Part shown: one piece after another, positions 22,901 to 33,977 of the stretch | How the letters are laid out: each line of letters opens with the position of its first letter | How positions within the stretch are numbered: the stretch's first letter is position 1 | DNA from: Eledone cirrhosa | Taxonomy: Eukaryota | Assembly: GCA_964016885.1 (NCBI GenBank) | Contig: OZ024743.1 | Location: 336,660,001-336,724,000, forward strand | Length of the DNA: 64,000 nt | Direction: 5' to 3' | Program-made: the position numbers and the translations under genes | Notes under the pieces: model-generated | Told to the model about the DNA's origin: nothing | Database searches by the model: none | The model's input: only the letters and a program-made list of their open reading frames with translations

Positions 22901-23419
22901 CCTATGGACAACTTCCAGAAATCTCTGGCCTGGCAGTGCTACCGAGGAGCCTTGCCAGTTCGGGATAAACTCTACAGGCATGGAGGTGCCGTCAGCCGGG
23001 CATGTCCGAGATGCGCGCAGGGCGACGAAACCGTCCTGCACGCACTCGTCCAGTGTCCGAAAATTGCTGACTTGTGGGTTTATGTCGAACACCTGCTGTC
23101 GCGTTTAGGACGGATCCAGCTATCATCTGAGTCTATCGTGAGGATTGCCCCGCCCTCCTCCTTTAGCCGGGAAGGGCAGGCAGTTTTTATCTGTCTGGTG
23201 GCCATGGCGAAAGAGATAGTATGGTGGACACGTTTGAAAGGGCTGAAGACGAGCACTTACCTCTTCGGTGATGCTCTGATTGACTTTTTCAAATTTCATT
23301 TGAAAAGGAAAATCAGAGTAGAGAAGGAAGTGCTCTCTTCCCAGCATTTTGTTGAAAGATGGGTGAGAGAAGCAAGAATGGCCCGAGTGAATGGGCCGAC
23401 TCTGAGTATATATCTGTAA
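20000..23419 (+). CDS. ORF2, intact 1139 aa APE/RT
   Basis: Same motifs as 10277..13696, with only a few residue differences. Confidence 0.96.
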   Translation: MTSLRIGSINARGLGSSWKQGHLLNDLRSLNIDVVAISETRISEARAFAAIFGGFDVYASPSRPGSGGGVAVLFRRGLDLAIRAIFLDPEGKLVVLDVTSGDGQAFRLVAVYAPTGAGRPDFFRRLETFLGTSRSLVLVGDWNGILDARWDCVGLADRGGGCKSLTNLLRRFELSDRYRLDFPNVPMWTWTNRIGSSRSYLDRVFCREIDRSSIGCPQFKIVSYTDHKFVICVLDLDRLHRRGPGYWKLNASLPARKAYRDRISELVKRALTGAIVNNKWWFALKRAIRIESIRFSKALAIEKNRAEGELVRKLDEALSKGIATDVLAAKLALDQFFNAKHEGCVVRARVRALRHEGTKAVQWARVAEARRGNKATIRSLVDHDGRMLLDPGQMCEAFQRHSAQLFGGSGGPGRGMDFSVYLDGLPRLSATEAKCCEKPITAAEVREAMTGCTRGKSPGLDGLPYELYVQMPDLFGGLLADVYCNWQQNGRIPSSVSRGAVALLRKDPNKGDNIDNFRPITLLNTEFKILAKVLAKRLALVVGGLVGEAQTCAIPDRSIHDNLHLMRYIVERVAREPGTGGSLINLDQSKAFDRVDHRYLAAVLRAAGFGPVFRGWIAAMHSDICSVVRVNGHLSEPFNIMRSVRQGCPLSSLLYVLTLEPLLHKLETLRGVPRELGCGRSVSAYADDVTVVVSNAKHIEAIGTTLREYEAVTGAMINQEKSVGLQLGTWRGRSMPSNSVVGRWTDGPVKLLGVWFGPDLQTDKNWDEVTSRVASLTQKWAERKLSLKGRAEVANAYIASVICYRLTVVPCPKPRLTALERLLFRFLWKGRAPMVRRSICCQHPLRGGLGMPWLMMRRHALRLRHLHLFLDGDQVWSPFARRVFPQLVSLTELQSWVKRRPRGSAWRLECLQALTALDQSGNVIGGNSTSAFYRGLVEGKSDDVLGETLGVDENQLANLFGRTFGPGPMDNFQKSLAWQCYRGALPVRDKLYRHGGAVSRACPRCAQGDETVLHALVQCPKIADLWVYVEHLLSRLGRIQLSSESIVRIAPPSSFSREGQAVFICLVAMAKEIVWWTRLKGLKTSTYLFGDALIDFFKFHLKRKIRVEKEVLSSQHFVERWVREARMARVNGPTLSIYL

Positions 23420-23678
23420 ACTAAAGGTGGAAAACTGGGAGAGGGCACTTGCCTTGGTGGTCAGGGTCATTGTGGCTTTTTACTGGGCTTTCTCCACAAA
23501 TGTCCCTCGAAGTCTCCCCCCTATTGGGGAATTTTTCATTGTTATTTTCATTGTTATTTTTGTTACATCCTCTGTTTTTGTTTTTTTACACGCAGAAATG
23601 CCCATTTGTACTGTCCTGCATTGTCCTGCACTGTCCTTAATGTCTACTTTATGTAAACCCTTGTGGTTAATAAAGAAA

Positions 23679-23737
<59 letters not shown>

Positions 23738-23738
<1 letters not shown>

Positions 23739-26660
23739 CTTACATTCCTTCTATTAAACTACAACTATGTTGACAATCTTTAAATAATGTCTTCCTTGTG
23801 AAATTTGTGGTCTTGTTTTGCTTAACTAATGAATATATATATATATATAAATTAATAAAAACAAAGAACAAGTTCCTAATATTAAAAATTCATCATTTTA
23901 CGATCGTTTCTAGGATATATATGTGTGTTGGTATGTATATCATATAGATCTATGTAAAAATTTTATAAACTATCAGAGGAAATATACATACCTTCACATA
24001 TATATGCTGTCTTCAGAAATAATGATATTTGTTTATTGAAAAAAACAACAAAGATTGAATATAATAGGTCTGTTTGGGAACAGGTTTTGAATTGACCAAT
24101 AGAAAAGTAGTAAGAGGTCACTTTGATAGAATAGTAGTAGTAGAAATTTAATTTAGGGGTAGAGAAATGCAGACTTAAGTTTTGAATGGAAATATTACGT
24201 TGAATGAAAAGAATACTTTGGGGATGAAAAGAGGTCAAGCCGGTGGAAGGTACACGAAAATTTGATGCTATTAAAGAATAATGTTAATGTTAAAACCGAA
24301 GGAGAATAACATTTTAGGGTAAAGGTGTTAGTGAGAAATACCAATCTTATTTAAAACACAAGAAATTTAGATCTATAACAAGAAATTAAATTAATTGATA
24401 GGTATACTTATAGGGATAAATTTTAGGGAAAGAGAGCTGTAAGAGGGAAATAAAATTATGAAGTTCTCTGTAGTAAAGTACTAATTATAGGTTAACTAAA
24501 TTAAAAAAATTAATTATAATAATATGTAAAATATAAGTGTAAGGTGTATATTAATTAGGTTTATAATATTTGAAAGTTCTTCTAATTCTATGATTGCAAG
24601 ATATAATTAATTCTTGTCACTTATTTAATAGGATATCCTTAGATTTCATTATTTCGAAAAGTTCCTGGAAGCATAATCTACACTCATATCTGTTATTTTG
24701 ATAAGGGGTGGCCCTTTTGAGCACACTCCAGGTCAGGTTGTAATCGATATTCTTTTTTCTATAATTATTAATTGTTTCAGCCAATGATGTTGTATTAGCT
24801 AATGCGGCATTTTTAAAACTATGTTTGTGGGTATTAAATCTTACTTTAAATTGGTTAGATGTAGCTCCTATATATGCATAAGTTGAGTCCTTAGTGATAA
24901 TTTTACATTTATATACTATGTTATTAATAAGACAGTTTCCCTTTAATGGGCAATTTCTTTTGTTTCTACAGTTACAACCATTCGTGAATATTATATCAGG
25001 GGAGTTAGTCAAATTTGGTGTGGAATTTACTCGACTTGTTATATGTGAAGGAGATGGTGGTTTGTTGCGGTTACTTTAGTATTATGGTTGGTTTGATGTG
25101 TTGGTGGTATATTCGTGGTTTTTTTTACATTTATATGCATTGTATGCACTTATATGTTGTTGTATATTCTTGGTAGTGGAGTAGGAAAATTTGACAGTTG
25201 ATCTATTTAAAATTTGATGGTATTTATGGTTTGGCGGGAAGTTTTTCTCTAGGATAGTAAAAAAAATTTAGGGATATTTATCTTTAATTTGTAGATTAAA
25301 TGGAGCATTATACCAAGTAAGTCGTCTATTACGGTTTCGATGTTGTTTTTTTATATTTATACGATGTATCAGGATGTTTACTAAGAGAATTAGTATTAGT
25401 GAATTTATTAGAGATAGGTTTAGTTAGATTAACTGATTTAGGTGTTTGAGTCTGATTATTAGGAATTTTGTTAGTAATGTTATTAACGTATATTGGAGTA
25501 TTAGGATGAATGGTTTTTTGAAAGTTATTATATTTTATGTGAGAAGAGGTAGAGAAACTAAGTTTTAGGTTTGTATTTTTGGCTGTAGTGTGAGTGGCAT
25601 TTAGGTGTGTGTTTTTCATTTGGTGTTTGTTGGTAATATTGGGTTGTATGTTTGAAGTATTATTGGTGCAAGGTATATAAACTAATTTGTTTTTGTGGCC
25701 GCTTCTAGCTAAAATTTCGTTATAAAAGGGCGCATTTTTATCGAATACATCCTGGTTAGATGAAAGGTTAGAAATTCTGAGTGAGATATTATATGCTAGG
25801 TTTTTAAGGATAGATCTAGGGTGATTGGATTGTGAGTGTATGTAATGTAAGTTTTGGTTAGGTTTATGGTAAGGTTGGTAAGTACCCGTAGATAAGTCTA
25901 AAGTTATATCTAGGAAATTAACTATTTTACTGGTGTTTTCAAATGTAATAGTGAGACTATAATAGTCTTTGAGGAAAGTTCTAAGTTTTTTATTTTTTTC
26001 AATTTCTTATAGGCTAAGGTTAGTGGAAAGAAAAAGACAGTCATCACGATACAAACCACCTTTAAGGTGGGGAAAAGAAGAATGTATGTTAAATAGAAGA
26101 AAGAGGCCCACAAGATCGGTAATTTGGGCAGAATCACTAGAACCCATAGTAATATCGAAGAGATTACTATATGTATTTCTGGTCCAGTATTCCTTCTGAA
26201 ATTCCAGTAGTGTTTGTCTAGCGTGCGTGATAATATTAATGTCATACATAGTTAAGTTTGATCTATTTTTGGCAAATATCAAGGCTTTGTTCAGGAGTAA
26301 GGGTGATATAGAGAGATAATAAGCATCTATATCAAATTGTAGAAATGAAGCAGATGATTTATTTCTAATATTAGTAAACCAGTTAATTACTTGGGATGTC
26401 TTTTCCCAGAGTGTTAAATTAACGTGTTTTCTTAATTGTGGGATGATTCTGTCTAAATTTTTTTTTACTAATGATGCCAATGTCAGATTTGGAAGGGAAT
26501 ATACGTCTTATAGAAGGATTAGAGTTAAAGTTAGATTTGTGATCTTTCAGGTTAAAGTGTGGTTTTTTCAGTGCCAAATGTTCAGTTCTGTCTTATTGAG
26601 TTTATTTACTATGTTGTGTGTTTTGTTGTTGATATTGGTAAGAGCCGCATTATTTGTTTT
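23738..26660 (-). mobile_element. Penelope-like element (RT + GIY-YIG; CxCx5C linker, Naiad-like), decayed and 5'-truncated
   Basis: FLQFDIDAYY and GGLYRDD (26007..26480), ITMGSSDSAQITDLVG in an overlapping frame, CNCRNKRNCPLKGNC and IVY..YIG..RF..H (24617..25012). Hammerhead near the 3' end. Confidence 0.88.
23895..24020 (-). ncRNA. Hammerhead ribozyme motif with long stem II
   Basis: Minus strand: ATTT-CTGAAGA-[ATATATATGTG..GGTATGTATAT / ATATACATACC..CACATATATAT]-GAAAC GATC GT-A-AAAT. Confidence 0.65.
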
Positions 26661-26855
26661 TTATAATTTTTCATGAGTTCTTTATAAATGAACTCATTGT
26701 AATTATCAATATCCATGTGGTACAGATTTCTTGACTCTGTTTTCCTGTGATTTTCATCGAAAACTTTTGAATGCATCTTCTCTTTTCATGATATTTGGAT
26801 TACACTGAGTTCTTCATACGGATTGGACACTACTGTATATTTTGGTAGATTTATC

Positions 26856-28010
<1,155 letters not shown>

Positions 28011-28919
28011 ATGAGAGGGTATGGATTTACCTAATTGGCAGTGGTGTGTGTCATTGCCCGTCCAGTCGGCTAGGGGTGGTCTTTGTGTGGTAGTTACTCT
28101 AGGGGGGGGGGGTCGTAATTGTTAATGTGTGTTGCTAAAGGCATATGTAGATTGTGCAACATTTACGGTGCAACATTCACGGTGACAAACAAACAGAAGT
28201 GCAGGAACGGAGAATTAAGCGAAAGGATTGGTAAATGGTACGAACGAGACAAAATGTCCGCAGTCATCAGCTGACAAAATGAACACAAAATAGTTTCGAC
28301 CGCTTTCGAATGACCTGCTTATCTAATTAAGTTCATATACATTTACAAGATAATTAAACACTTTCCTGAAGTATTATTTAAGGAGGATGAACAAACCGAA
28401 AACAATATAGAACGGAGAGCGGAAGGATGTGTTTTTGTGTATATGGAAAAATAATAACAGGTCAACAAAGAAAACATTGAAGACTATTAAAAACAATACA
28501 GACAAACAAATGGAAATATTAATATATTTTACGATATTCCTAAGAATATATGAATATATCTGTCTTATTTTGTTTAAATGATTAAATTAAACAAACAATA
28601 GTGTATTGTTAACATATCATATTAAAATATAAGTTGTAAGTGTATATTTACAGGACATGCCTTCTATATTTATCTGTTTTATTTTATTTTATTTTATTTT
28701 AAAGTAGTTATATTGAAATAATTGTGGTGAAATGATAAGCTTCAAGTGTTTATATAAATTTCGGAGAAATGAGTGTTTGGGGGATGGTCTTGTTTTACAG
28801 AATAATAATAATGATAATAATAAAATAACCATTAAAAAATAATTAAATAAATAAAATATAAAAATAAATAAAAAATAAAAATAAAAAAAATAAAAATAAA
28901 AATAAATAGAATTAAAAAT

Positions 28920-28951
<32 letters not shown>

Positions 28952-29965
28952 CACACAGTCACGCACACACACTGATACACTCGTGAAAGTGTGCACTCAC
29001 AGAAGCACACATATGCACACACAAACTAAATATCGCTTTCTAATTGAGGCACAGGGCCAGAAAAGTTTGGTGGTGAAGGCAACGTTGATTAAATCATCAC
29101 CATAATAAGTATTAATTAATCTTTCCTATCTTAAAACATTTGTAAAATACACCAACATCTTATTGCTTTCTTAACTTTATCACCAATGTTACTGGGGTCA
29201 TCTCTATCTGACCATCACTGTTTTCACTTCCCTATCATGAAGAACATGACATGTGTCCTATTTTGCTTTACACCCTCCCATTTGTACATACACTCTCACA
29301 CATTTACCTCTCCCTCCAAAATGTCCAGGATTCTCACTTGCCATTCAGAAGAATACCCCCAATCCCTTCACCACTTTATTTTGGTCTCATTAACTTCATC
29401 TTGGTCTTGCATCCACCACAATAAGGCGCCATAACTTAATCAACCCCTCCTATCATAAATATTATTTGTAAAATACACCAATATGGTATTGCTTTTTCAA
29501 CTTTCTCACTTTTATCACCAATGTCACTTAGATTATTTCAATCTGACCATCACAACAAAACCCCAATATCATTCTCATTCCATCTTCACTTCCATAATCA
29601 TCAAAGAATTTTTAAAAAATTTGTTCTTTAAAGTTTATATTTAAAAAAAAATATTTTTTTGTTTATTACAAGCCTTCTTAGTACATACACTCCGTTCTAC
29701 TCCCAGACACCCAAACTGCTTATCTTCTTCTCCATCTACACATATGCATGCATACATCTTTAACACAACACAACAGACAATTTTGAAAATCGTACCGAAT
29801 GAAAGAAAGTTCCCCAAAGAGTTAACGAGGGTTTAACGTTCTCCAAAGAGGTTAACAAAGTCTTAACAGAACTAATATCAATAACGACTAATTTGAATTA
29901 TTAAAGAACATCAACCACCAGTGATGTCATTCTTCCTCTTTCTTTAAAGTTTCCTTACAGTACTT

Positions 29966-30074
<109 letters not shown>

Positions 30075-30165
30075 TATATATATAACGAAGGAGTTGTGGT
30101 AAGGAACCACATGGACCATAACGCACCACAGTACTCAATACTTAGGGTAGTAGAGTGGGTAATAG

Positions 30166-30274
30166 GAAAAAGTATGACCCCGACGACAGAGTTCAAGCCG
30201 TTTCAACGGCTATTTCTGTCCAGAAATAGCCGTTGAAACGGCTTGAGCTCTGCCGTCGGGGGTCATACTTTTTC
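30166..30274. repeat. ~109 bp near-perfect palindrome between (TA)n tracts
   Basis: gaaaaagtatgaccccgacg...tatttctg-tc-cagaaata...cgtcgggggtcatactttttc. Confidence 0.92.
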
Positions 30275-30405
30275 ATATATATATATATATATAATGGAAA
30301 AATTTGAACAGGGACAAAACAGAGAGGCAGTACAACGAATGTTTATTAATTTCACGCTCTGGAGAGTGGGGTGTATGTAATCTGAGTTTTTCGAATATTA
30401 ATAAT

Positions 30406-30496
30406 TGTTTCTACTTTAGGCACAAGGCCAGCAATTACCCAGTGCATTACTGGTACTTTATTTTATCGACCCCGTAAGGATGAAAGGCAAAGTCAA
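30406..30496 (-). mobile_element. 5'-truncated SINE with 14 bp target-site duplication
   Basis: cgaatattaataat at 30392-30405 and 30497-30510. The insert is absent from the second repeat unit and matches the SINE at 58341-58517. Confidence 0.9.
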
Positions 30497-30595
30497 CGAA
30501 TATTAATAATAACACTCGATTCGTTTGCAATTATGCAAACAAGCCTCATTTTTAAAGCCATGTCAGTAGAATGAACTCTTCATTCTTGCTCTTGT

Positions 30596-30677
30596 GTTGG
30601 CATGTAAACAGAACTGCAGACACTAATGTTTCTGGGTATCACCCTTCATCAGTACAGCTCACTGTTCACCTGCCAAC
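30596..30677 (-). ncRNA. Type I hammerhead ribozyme with long stem I
   Basis: Minus strand: GTTGGCA.GTGAACAG.GAGCTGTA-CTGATGA-AGGGT(GAT)ACCCA-GAA-ACA(TTAG)TGT-C-TGCAGTTC.CTGTTTAC.TGCCAAC. Confidence 0.78.
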
Positions 30678-31030
30678 TGTCAGATCTAGTGAAAATATAT
30701 GATATTTTCTAAAATATATTGTGACTGATCGACCTGATTTGCATATTAGCAGACTGGCTGTTCAGTCAGATCTGCCATATTAGCAGATCCACTGATCAGC
30801 CAGATTTGTATATCAGCAGACAGGCCAGTCAGTTTTCTGTATACGAGCGATAAATGGCCGGCTTTGCCACATTCAAATAAAAAAAAATAAGTCCTACATG
30901 GCTGAATACAATAAATGTAATCTGAGATTTTCGAATATTAATAATAATATTCGATTTGTTTGTAATTATGCAAACAAGCCTCATTTTTAAAGCCATGTCA
31001 GTAGAATGAACACTTCATTCTTGCTCTTGT

Positions 31031-31112
31031 GTTGGCATGTAAACAGAACTGCAGACACTAATGTCTCTGGGTATCACCCTTCATCAGTACAGTTCACTGT
31101 TCACCTGCCAAC
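31031..31112 (-). ncRNA. Second hammerhead copy with core GAAA changed to GAGA (probably inactive)
   Basis: Same fold as 30596-30677, but ccagagac instead of ccagaaac. Confidence 0.65.
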
Positions 31113-31419
31113 TGTCAGAGCTAGTGAAAATATATGCTATTTTCTAAAATATACAGATGACTGATCGGCCTGATTTGCATATTAGCAGAGTGGCTGATAA
31201 GTCAGACCGGCCATATTACAAATATAGAATTTTAAAAAAACAGCTTCTTCGACTGAGATCAAATCTTTTTTTTTTTTTCAAAAATATATAATTTCAAATA
31301 GCTGCTTTTGGACTGAAACTTTTTTTGTATTTAATTCGTACGAGTATTTTTTAAAGATTCTAACATAACTTGATTTGGCCCAGTAATCTACTGATATCAA
31401 AATCAGTAGTATATTGAAA

Positions 31420-32048
31420 AATGGAAAAATAGGGTAGGGGGCGTTTCGTGATTTCGAGGTTTCTTGGTGAGGAGGGTGACTTTGGACATCCTGCAGGACT
31501 AAAAACAAAACCTGTCAAAGGGCAAAGGAGCTCTTAAGAGTCAATGGCCATCCAAAATCACCGGGAGAGATGACCCCTTAGCCTTTGTCAAGGCAGAATT
31601 CTAGGAGAAGGAAAACTCTGATATAACACCTGCAACCCTGATGGTATCCAATGATGTTGACTTGTTCTTCTTTTTGGTAAATATCATCTTGGTTAAGAGA
31701 GTGGGACTGGCTTTGTGCAGTGCCTTTGCTCACTATAAAAGCTTCACGGCACAGGCATTGCTTTATATCTGGAGATCTCTCTGCACTTGTCGTCACATGG
31801 TACCATGGGCCCAGCACTGTGTCAATAATTGTCACAAGTGTAGTGTTTGTACCAGAGTTTTCAAGTCACTGGCTGGACTAAAAAGTCACACTCGTTCAGC
31901 GCATCGGTAGGGGTTCTCCTACATGGATATAAAGTAGTGGCCGTACTCGAAAACGAGTTGGCAGCCACCATGTATGTATGTATGTATGTATGTATGTATG
32001 TATGTATGTATGTATGTATGTATGTATGTATGTATGTATGTATGTATG
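31420..32048 (+). mobile_element. Short RTE-like derivative: 5'UTR-like part, C2H2-coding 3' end, terminal stem-loop and (TGTA)n tail
   Basis: HKCSVCTRVFKSLAGLKSHTRSAHR*, then gtggccgt-actcg-aaaa-cgagt-tggcagccac, then (tgta)n. ggagaaggaaaactctga resembles RTE 5'UTRs as I recall them. Confidence 0.6.
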
Positions 32049-32339
32049 TGCGTCTGTGATATATATATATATATACGTATGTATGAATGTGTGTGTATGT
32101 ATGAACCCGTAACTCCTGATGGAATTAAAGGGACGTGATATTAACATACGGCTTCCCTGGGCATCTTAAACCCTGGCGGAGCCAATCCCTCTCCGGGTCT
32201 GAACACATCTGATTTCTCTCATAGAAGGAAAGAGAGGAAGCGAGAAAGAGATATAGAGGAAGAATCTACTTAAGTAGTGCATACTCTTTTATTCTCTTAC
32301 CTGTTATAGCCATCCGGCTGAGGCCATGCTGGGGCACCA

Positions 32340-32482
32340 CCCTTGTACTTTTCTTTATTGATCTCGAAAGGATGAAAGACAAAGTTAACTGCAACGAATT
32401 TTTAACTAAGAGAGCAGAGAGCCAGAACGAATACCGCAAAACCTTCTATTCGACGTTTTAACGACTCTGCCAATTCGTCGCC
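32340..32482 (-). mobile_element. Diverged tRNA-derived SINE
   Basis: Reverse-complement similarity to 58341-58517 (aaaggatgaaagacaaagttaac...ctctgccaattcgtcgcc). Confidence 0.7.
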
Positions 32483-32582
32483 TATACATGCATGTGAAGA
32501 GTAAACTAAAGAGAAGAAAAATGGAACGTATCTCCATTAAAGCAAAGAAACAATTGATTATCATATTTTATTTTATTTTCAG

Positions 32583-32791
32583 GAGAAACTGATGATATGA
32601 CAGATCAGCTAAAGGAAATGATGGATGAATTCAACATTGATCCAAATTTATCAGACAGTATTAATGTTAGCGAAGCAGGTTTGGACCAAGAAAATGCTGA
32701 AGTGGATTCGTATAATCTTAAGCCAATAATTGTCGCTGGGGACATATGGGTGGCTTGTGCCACTTCAGTTTTCCAAAAGTTCCTGAGTTAT
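32583..32791 (+). CDS. Candidate host gene exon, product unknown (ETDDMTDQLKEMMDEFNIDP...FQKFLSY)
   Basis: ttttattttattttcag acceptor, 69 open codons of non-repetitive sequence, gtatgt donor. Confidence 0.5.
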
Positions 32792-33376
32792 GTATGTACT
32801 TATTCTTTCATTTTTCCTGCCTAATAATTATTTCAAATTTACATTGAAATAATTGTAACAGTCAATTACTGTAAATAATAGCTTAGAAAACAGGGTACTA
32901 TACTCCTGAGGCTAGTAGCACAAACAGAGAAACAAAATCAGTATCTCTTGAGGTGCAACTAGCCACCTTTTAATGTTTCTAATCGATTTTTACACCGATT
33001 TTCTAAGCTAGTATTCATAGCGATCGACTGTTGTTGGGTTATTTTCTACGTTTGGAATCTCACACTTTCAGATTTCAACGATGGTGAAGTCTCGGTTACG
33101 CACTTTGTATTTATATAGATATAACTTTATCATATATATACATATATATGGCTTGCCTCAGAACGAATTTCTATAGACTTTTGACTGAGGAATGTTCTAA
33201 CAGCTGACCAATGAGAGAAGAAGGGGCCCTTTGACGCTGAAATTCGTTTGTTTAAATTCATTTGATTCCAGTTCCTCAGTGAAATAACAACCCAACCAGG
33301 AACTGGGCATATCAGAGTATTGACAAAGTTAAACACCTTAACAACATGTGTACTCGTCTCTACCACACTAATTCGG

Positions 33377-33431
33377 ACTGTCTGAAGAGGTCACAGCCAA
33401 AGATGGCTGTCACCGAAATATATATAGCAGT
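33377..33431 (+). ncRNA. Type I hammerhead ribozyme (Penelope-type terminus)
   Basis: ACTGT-CTGAAGA-GGT.ACAGCCA(AAGA)TGGCTGT.ACC-GAA-ATATATAT-A-GCAGT, followed by AATAAA and (TA)n. Confidence 0.82.
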
Positions 33432-33487
33432 AATAAACGAAGCCAAATTTTGAACATTTGACTTATTTATTTTATTTTATTTTATTT

Positions 33488-33565
<78 letters not shown>

Positions 33566-33910
33566 TAAGGACCTGAAGATAGAAATTGGAAAAATGTGCA
33601 AATTGAGAACTAAAACAAAACCACTGGTTGTAGGCGCTCTAGGAATGATACCTAAGGGGTATAATGATTACTTATCGCAAATCCCAGGAAACCCGCGTAT
33701 AGAAGAAATACAAAAGATAGTACTAATGGGAACTGCCCATATACTAAGGAAGATTCTGTCAATATAAGTACATCACAAGTATAAACACCTAAAGAAGCAT
33801 GTGTGTATATGTATGTTCTTTCTTGAACATGGCGGACCTTGTTGTCTCTTGAGGTCACTGGTTGTGCCTTGGTGATAACTCGTATGAACATAAAGCAAGA
33901 TAAATGCAAC

Positions 33911-33911
<1 letters not shown>
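33566..33911 (+). mobile_element. Short 3' fragment of another Dong-like family within (TAA)n
   Basis: KDLKIEIGKM...PLVVGALG...IQKIVLMGTAHILRKILSI*. (TAA)n at 33526-33565 and 33912-33977. Confidence 0.85.

Positions 33912-33977
<66 letters not shown>

Larger units (their letters stand above)
17652..23680 (+). mobile_element. Tx1-like element, full-length with both ORFs intact (copy B2)
   Basis: (TTA)n at 17613-17651 and 23681-23737. ORF1 and ORF2 uninterrupted. Confidence 0.96.
30377..31217 (-). repeat. Tandem ~435 bp unit (about 1.7 copies), each with a type I hammerhead
   Basis: Homologous blocks offset by 435 bp (30596-30677 vs 31031-31112). Internal ~30 bp subrepeats containing atattagcaga. 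Confidence 0.88.

Noticed and set aside
2364-23470. Many antisense and overlapping ORFs repeated in each Tx1 and Dong copy
   Set aside because: They are shadows of GC-rich or low-complexity coding strands, and recur only because the copies are near-identical.
1-23737. CRISPR-like or telomeric interpretation of the repeat-spacer array
   Set aside because: The spacers are whole retrotransposons, the repeats are variable-length (TTA)n, and there are no cas genes or TTAGGG arrays.
28250-28315. CTGATGA and GAAAC on the minus strand
   Set aside because: Stems I and II cannot be formed in correct hammerhead geometry.
29120-29555. Diverged ~100 bp duplication (29125-29220 and 29448-29553)
   Set aside because: Old local duplication with no structure or coding signal I can support.
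32100-32200. Twister-like look (ACCCG-TAA-CTCC...GGAG...CGGGT)
   Set aside because: Lacks the conserved P4 loop and pseudoknot residues.
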